A DNA stretch of 43,235 bases. It comes from a virus (taxonomy: Duplodnaviria; Heunggongvirae; Uroviricota; Caudoviricetes). The notes under the pieces are model-generated. The model was not told the DNA's origin. It worked only from the letters and a program-made list of their open reading frames with translations, and searched no databases. Positions 38,257 to 43,235 of the stretch are shown in pieces; the stretch's first letter is position 1; the number at the start of each line of letters is the position of its first letter. A program made the position numbers and the translations under genes. The stretch lies in the IMG/VR virus record IMGVR_UViG_2645727669_000018. One strand, written 5' to 3'.

Positions 38257-38609
38257 ATGTTTTCGAAATGGAAGGGTTTCTTCGCGGGAAATGTGTACCG
38301 CAAGATCTGAAAGTGAACGAAACAAATGCTGAGTACCTGGTACGTAAATTCGACGCGCTTGAAGCTAAATGTGCGGCACTGGAAAGCAAAATAATACCAG
38401 TGTCAGCTGAACTGCCACCAGCAAATGAAAGTGTTCTGTTATTTGATGCTAACGGAGAAGGCTGGCTGATTGGCTGGCGTTCTCTCTGGTACACCTGGGG
38501 ACAAAAAGAAACCGGAGAATGGCAGTGGACATTTCAGGTCGGGGACCTTGAAAACGTCAATATCACTCACTGGGCAGTAATGCCGAAAGCACCAGAGACT
38601 AAGAAATGA
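38247..38609 (+). CDS. YfdS-like protein (DUF551)
   Basis: 120 aa, Trp-rich C-terminal half; overlaps neighbours at both ends. Confidence 0.55.
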   Translation: MRINVFEMEGFLRGKCVPQDLKVNETNAEYLVRKFDALEAKCAALESKIIPVSAELPPANESVLLFDANGEGWLIGWRSLWYTWGQKETGEWQWTFQVGDLENVNITHWAVMPKAPETKK

Positions 38610-38821
38610 GCGTGATAAAAACTCATACAGGAATTGTTATCACCCGAGACGGTGAAAAGCGGATGAAATTACATTCCACTGAAACGTCCTGGGTTGCCGG
38701 ACGTTGTGAATCCTACGACAAAAAGACTGGTTACCGTTGGGGGGCACCTAACATGCGTCGCCGTCTGCTACTGGACAGCATCAGGCCAATAAAACAGGTA
38801 GCAACCAGGGAACAAAATTAA
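38606..38821 (+). CDS. Small hypothetical protein
   Basis: 71 aa; ATGA overlap with upstream gene. Confidence 0.45.
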   Translation: MSVIKTHTGIVITRDGEKRMKLHSTETSWVAGRCESYDKKTGYRWGAPNMRRRLLLDSIRPIKQVATREQN

Positions 38822-38880
38822 TTATCAGGACTGGAATTTGATATTACTGCCCGTGTGCAGCGGGCTAAGTGGAGAAACAT

Positions 38881-39087
38881 ATGCTGAACCTCGATTGTGT
38901 TCCAATCTCAACTTATTGCAAAGAAACTGGCGAAACTCCTGAAGCAATAAACAAACGTGTACAGCGCGGTGTTTGGCGTGAAGGTGTTCAGGTTTTAAAG
39001 GTTGAAGGCGTTAAGGAGAGGTGGATTGATCTTAGTGAGGTTGCAAAATGGGCCAGACAAAACTGCTCAAACTACCGCGCGGCGTAA
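38881..39087 (+). CDS. xis: Excisionase-like protein
   Basis: 68 aa from ATG 38881 (GGAG SD); small basic protein overlapping the integrase start as in lambda xis-int. Confidence 0.55.
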   Translation: MLNLDCVPISTYCKETGETPEAINKRVQRGVWREGVQVLKVEGVKERWIDLSEVAKWARQNCSNYRAA

Positions 39088-40220
39088 CAATCAGGAAACA
39101 CCGCCTGGGCGAAACGATCAATATAACTTTCACCTATAAAGGAGTTAAATGTCGTGAGCCTCTTTCCAATCTGGAAGTAATACCAAAGAACATAAAATAC
39201 GCCGAGCGCACACTCGGCGAAATTCATAATAAGATCGAAAGGGGAACATTCATTTATGCGGAATATTTTCCCCGTTCTGCTCGTTTGAAAATTTTTGGTA
39301 ATGCTGCTGCAGGCAAAACGGTAAAAATGTACCTGGACGAATACCTTGAAATCTGCGAAACGAGAAAACTTTCACCCTCTACGATTGGTGGTTATAAAAA
39401 ATGCCGTAGTGCGTTAGCCTCACTCCACATTTGCCCTGCAAGTGAATTAACACCAGCAATCCTGAAAGCGTGGATTCAAAGCCAGAAAACGACCTTAAAA
39501 ACAATTCGCAACCAGTTATCTTTCCTGCGGTCAGCACTTGATGAAGCCGTAACCGATGGGGTACTTCAAATTAACCCCGTATCGTTGGTAACTGCTTCGC
39601 GCTACCAAAGTGATAAGTCAGAAGCAGAAAGCAGCTACGTGGTTGATCCGCTATCACCAGCAGAAGTTGATGCATTACTAGCAGCAGCCGGAAACAAACA
39701 ATGGGAAAATCTGTTCCGGTTCGCTATACATACAGGCCTGCGTAGTTCTGAATTATGTGCCCTTCGATGGCGTGATATCGACTTTGTTGGAAAAACTGCC
39801 CATGTCCAGAGCGCAAGTGTTGTCGGTGTTATCAAAGGGACAAAGACAAAAGCAGGTACTCGGAAAGTTGAACTGACAGAAGAGGCAATGTTGGCGCTGA
39901 TAAATCAGAAGCCATTTACATTCATGAAGGATGCTACTGTCTTTGAAGATCCAAAGACCAATAAGCCTTGGGCAAGTGCTGATGCAATTAGGAAAAAAGC
40001 ATGGGTGCCAACATTGCGAAAAGCAGGTATTCGTTACAGAAACCCATATCAAACCAGGCATACATTCGCCACCAGCCATATCAGCCGAGGAGCAAACCTG
40101 TTTTGGCTTGCAGCTCAAATGGGGCATAAAGGGCCGGAGATGCTTTTCAGGCACTATGGTTCGTATCTTAAAGAGTATGATAACTTTACATCGATAAATC
40201 ATTTGCATAATCATAATTAA
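39048..40220 (+). CDS. int: Tyrosine integrase (lambda Int family)
   Basis: 390 aa; C-terminal catalytic region with conserved Arg, HxxR-like and terminal Tyr context (RHTFATSH...LFRHYGSY). Confidence 0.9.
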   Translation: MGQTKLLKLPRGVTIRKHRLGETINITFTYKGVKCREPLSNLEVIPKNIKYAERTLGEIHNKIERGTFIYAEYFPRSARLKIFGNAAAGKTVKMYLDEYLEICETRKLSPSTIGGYKKCRSALASLHICPASELTPAILKAWIQSQKTTLKTIRNQLSFLRSALDEAVTDGVLQINPVSLVTASRYQSDKSEAESSYVVDPLSPAEVDALLAAAGNKQWENLFRFAIHTGLRSSELCALRWRDIDFVGKTAHVQSASVVGVIKGTKTKAGTRKVELTEEAMLALINQKPFTFMKDATVFEDPKTNKPWASADAIRKKAWVPTLRKAGIRYRNPYQTRHTFATSHISRGANLFWLAAQMGHKGPEMLFRHYGSYLKEYDNFTSINHLHNHN

Positions 40221-40229
40221 TATTTAATA

Positions 40230-40258
40230 ATCCCCGCATTTTTAAAATCGGGGATTTA
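40230..40258 (+). terminator. Stem-loop after integrase
   Basis: atccccg-(12-nt AT loop)-cggggat, 10 nt after the int stop; T-rich loop but no 3' T-tract. Confidence 0.35.
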
Positions 40259-40261
40259 AAG

Positions 40262-41041
40262 TTGATTACAATTACATTCGACAAACTAATCACCTACATA
40301 TCTTCAGTTGGTACTTTCATTTCAGCAATTGCTGCATTATATGCAATATGGTTAACGATATTTCAAAGAAGGCTCTCTTATAAACCCAATTTAGTGATAG
40401 ACACTTTAAATGTCAAGATGAATGTTAACGATTTCAACGGTTTTCATGTTGATATCTTACAAGCCCCTACGCTTCCACAAACAAAATTTTCAAACATAGG
40501 ATTGGGGGCGGCAATTTCACTTAGATATCATTGGGATTTTAATTATAAAAAAAACATAAATCTATACTTAGAGTTGTTTTCGAAAAAATTCAAAAAAGAA
40601 GATAAATCTTTTACAACCGACTCCCAGTATGGAATGTTCAAAATAATAAAAGAAAGAAAAGTATATATGTACAATACTTTATCGACACCTTACGATATTG
40701 ATTTTTCGTTACCATATAGTATAGATAAGAAGTCAAAAAACATTTTTGTACCAACCGCGGCAATTGATATTCTATTGAATATAGCATATCTTTCACATAG
40801 ACTTAAATTAGTCGGTTCTTCATCATTCACTGGTCCAAAATTAATTATTGAATATCAAGATATAGAGGGTAAAACTAAAAAAGTCACTTGGCAAACAAAA
40901 TTGGAACGTGGAGTGGCACGTTTCAGTGGTGATAATATGGAGGCAGATTTTGCACTACGGTTTACACCTGTACCAGAGAAATGGACTACAAAAGGTCTAG
41001 AGAAGATACGCAAAAGCGCCGCAAACGCCATGTTCAGATAA
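40262..41041 (+). CDS. Hypothetical membrane-anchored protein (AT-rich cargo between int and att)
   Basis: 259-aa ORF from TTG 40262 with N-terminal hydrophobic helix (ITYISSVGTFISAIAALYAIWLTIF); Lys/Asn/Ile-rich; no recognisable motifs. Confidence 0.55.
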   Translation: MITITFDKLITYISSVGTFISAIAALYAIWLTIFQRRLSYKPNLVIDTLNVKMNVNDFNGFHVDILQAPTLPQTKFSNIGLGAAISLRYHWDFNYKKNINLYLELFSKKFKKEDKSFTTDSQYGMFKIIKERKVYMYNTLSTPYDIDFSLPYSIDKKSKNIFVPTAAIDILLNIAYLSHRLKLVGSSSFTGPKLIIEYQDIEGKTKKVTWQTKLERGVARFSGDNMEADFALRFTPVPEKWTTKGLEKIRKSAANAMFR

Positions 41042-41071
41042 ATATATAATTAAAACAACAGGTTAATATTT

Positions 41072-41106
41072 TTCAGACACGGGTTCAACTCCCGCCAGCT
41101 CCACCA
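41072..41106 (+). other. ssrA: ssrA (tmRNA) 3'-terminal fragment / prophage attachment-site core
   Basis: 41081-41106 GGGTTCAACTCCCGCCAGCTCCACCA matches the tmRNA 3' acceptor/T-arm end as recalled; upstream similarity decays within about 10 nt into AT-rich phage DNA. Confidence 0.8.
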
Positions 41107-41152
41107 AAATTCTCCATCGGTGATTACCAGAGTCATCCGATGAAGTCCTAAG

Positions 41153-41186
41153 AGCCCGCACGGCGCAAGCCCTGCGGGCTTTTTTG
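41153..41186 (+). terminator. Rho-independent terminator (native ssrA terminator)
   Basis: agcccgca-(12 nt)-tgcgggct followed by tttttt, about 47 nt after the CCA end. Confidence 0.75.
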
Positions 41187-41310
41187 TGCCTTGAATTTGT
41201 CCCGCGAAGTCTGATGCCAACTAATTAAATCCGAACCTTTTAGGCACCTTGTTAGGCACCTCATAAAGCTTTATTGTTTTTGAGGTGCCTAAAACTATGG
41301 AAACCCGGCA

Positions 41311-41367
41311 ATGGCAAGACAAACCAAACCTCTATCCGTTAAAGAAATCGAATCTGCTAAACCCAAG
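41311..41367 (+). pseudogene. 5' remnant of a P4/CP4-57-type integrase gene, cut by IS insertion
   Basis: ATG 41311 encodes MARQTKPLSVKEIESAKPK, a typical P4-family integrase N-terminus; the frame then runs into IS sequence and stops after 18 unrelated codons. Confidence 0.6.

Positions 41368-43235
<1,868 letters not shown>

Noticed and set aside
41072-41106. Full-length tmRNA gene
   Set aside because: Only the terminal 26-35 nt match tmRNA; sequence upstream is AT-rich phage DNA and the cargo ORF, so this is a fragment/att core, not a functional ssrA.

Overview
The window is dominated by one temperate prophage (about 3.9-41.1 kb). It combines a lambda-like immunity/replication/lysis backbone (cI, cro, O-like initiator, RusA, Q, holin, lambda-R-like endolysin, Rz/Rz1), an HK97-type cos packaging and head module (HNH, TerS, TerL, portal, protease, capsid) and a Mu/e14-like contractile tail with a Pin-type invertase and an invertible tail-fibre segment. 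The leftward early operon resembles CPS-53 (YfdQ/YfdR/YfdS-like proteins, excisionase, integrase). The right end carries a 3' fragment of ssrA (tmRNA) plus its terminator, then a P4-type integrase remnant cut by an IS100-like IS21-family element whose istB has an in-frame amber codon. The left end carries an EcoRII-like restriction-modification pair and a GIY-YIG nuclease gene. Four AT-rich accessory insertions sit at classical moron positions; the strongest candidate for an undescribed system is the opposite-strand two-gene cassette between Q and the holin (26786-28198). All calls rest on reading the sequence and ORF translations and on recall of protein families; no database search, GC calculation or structure prediction was run.
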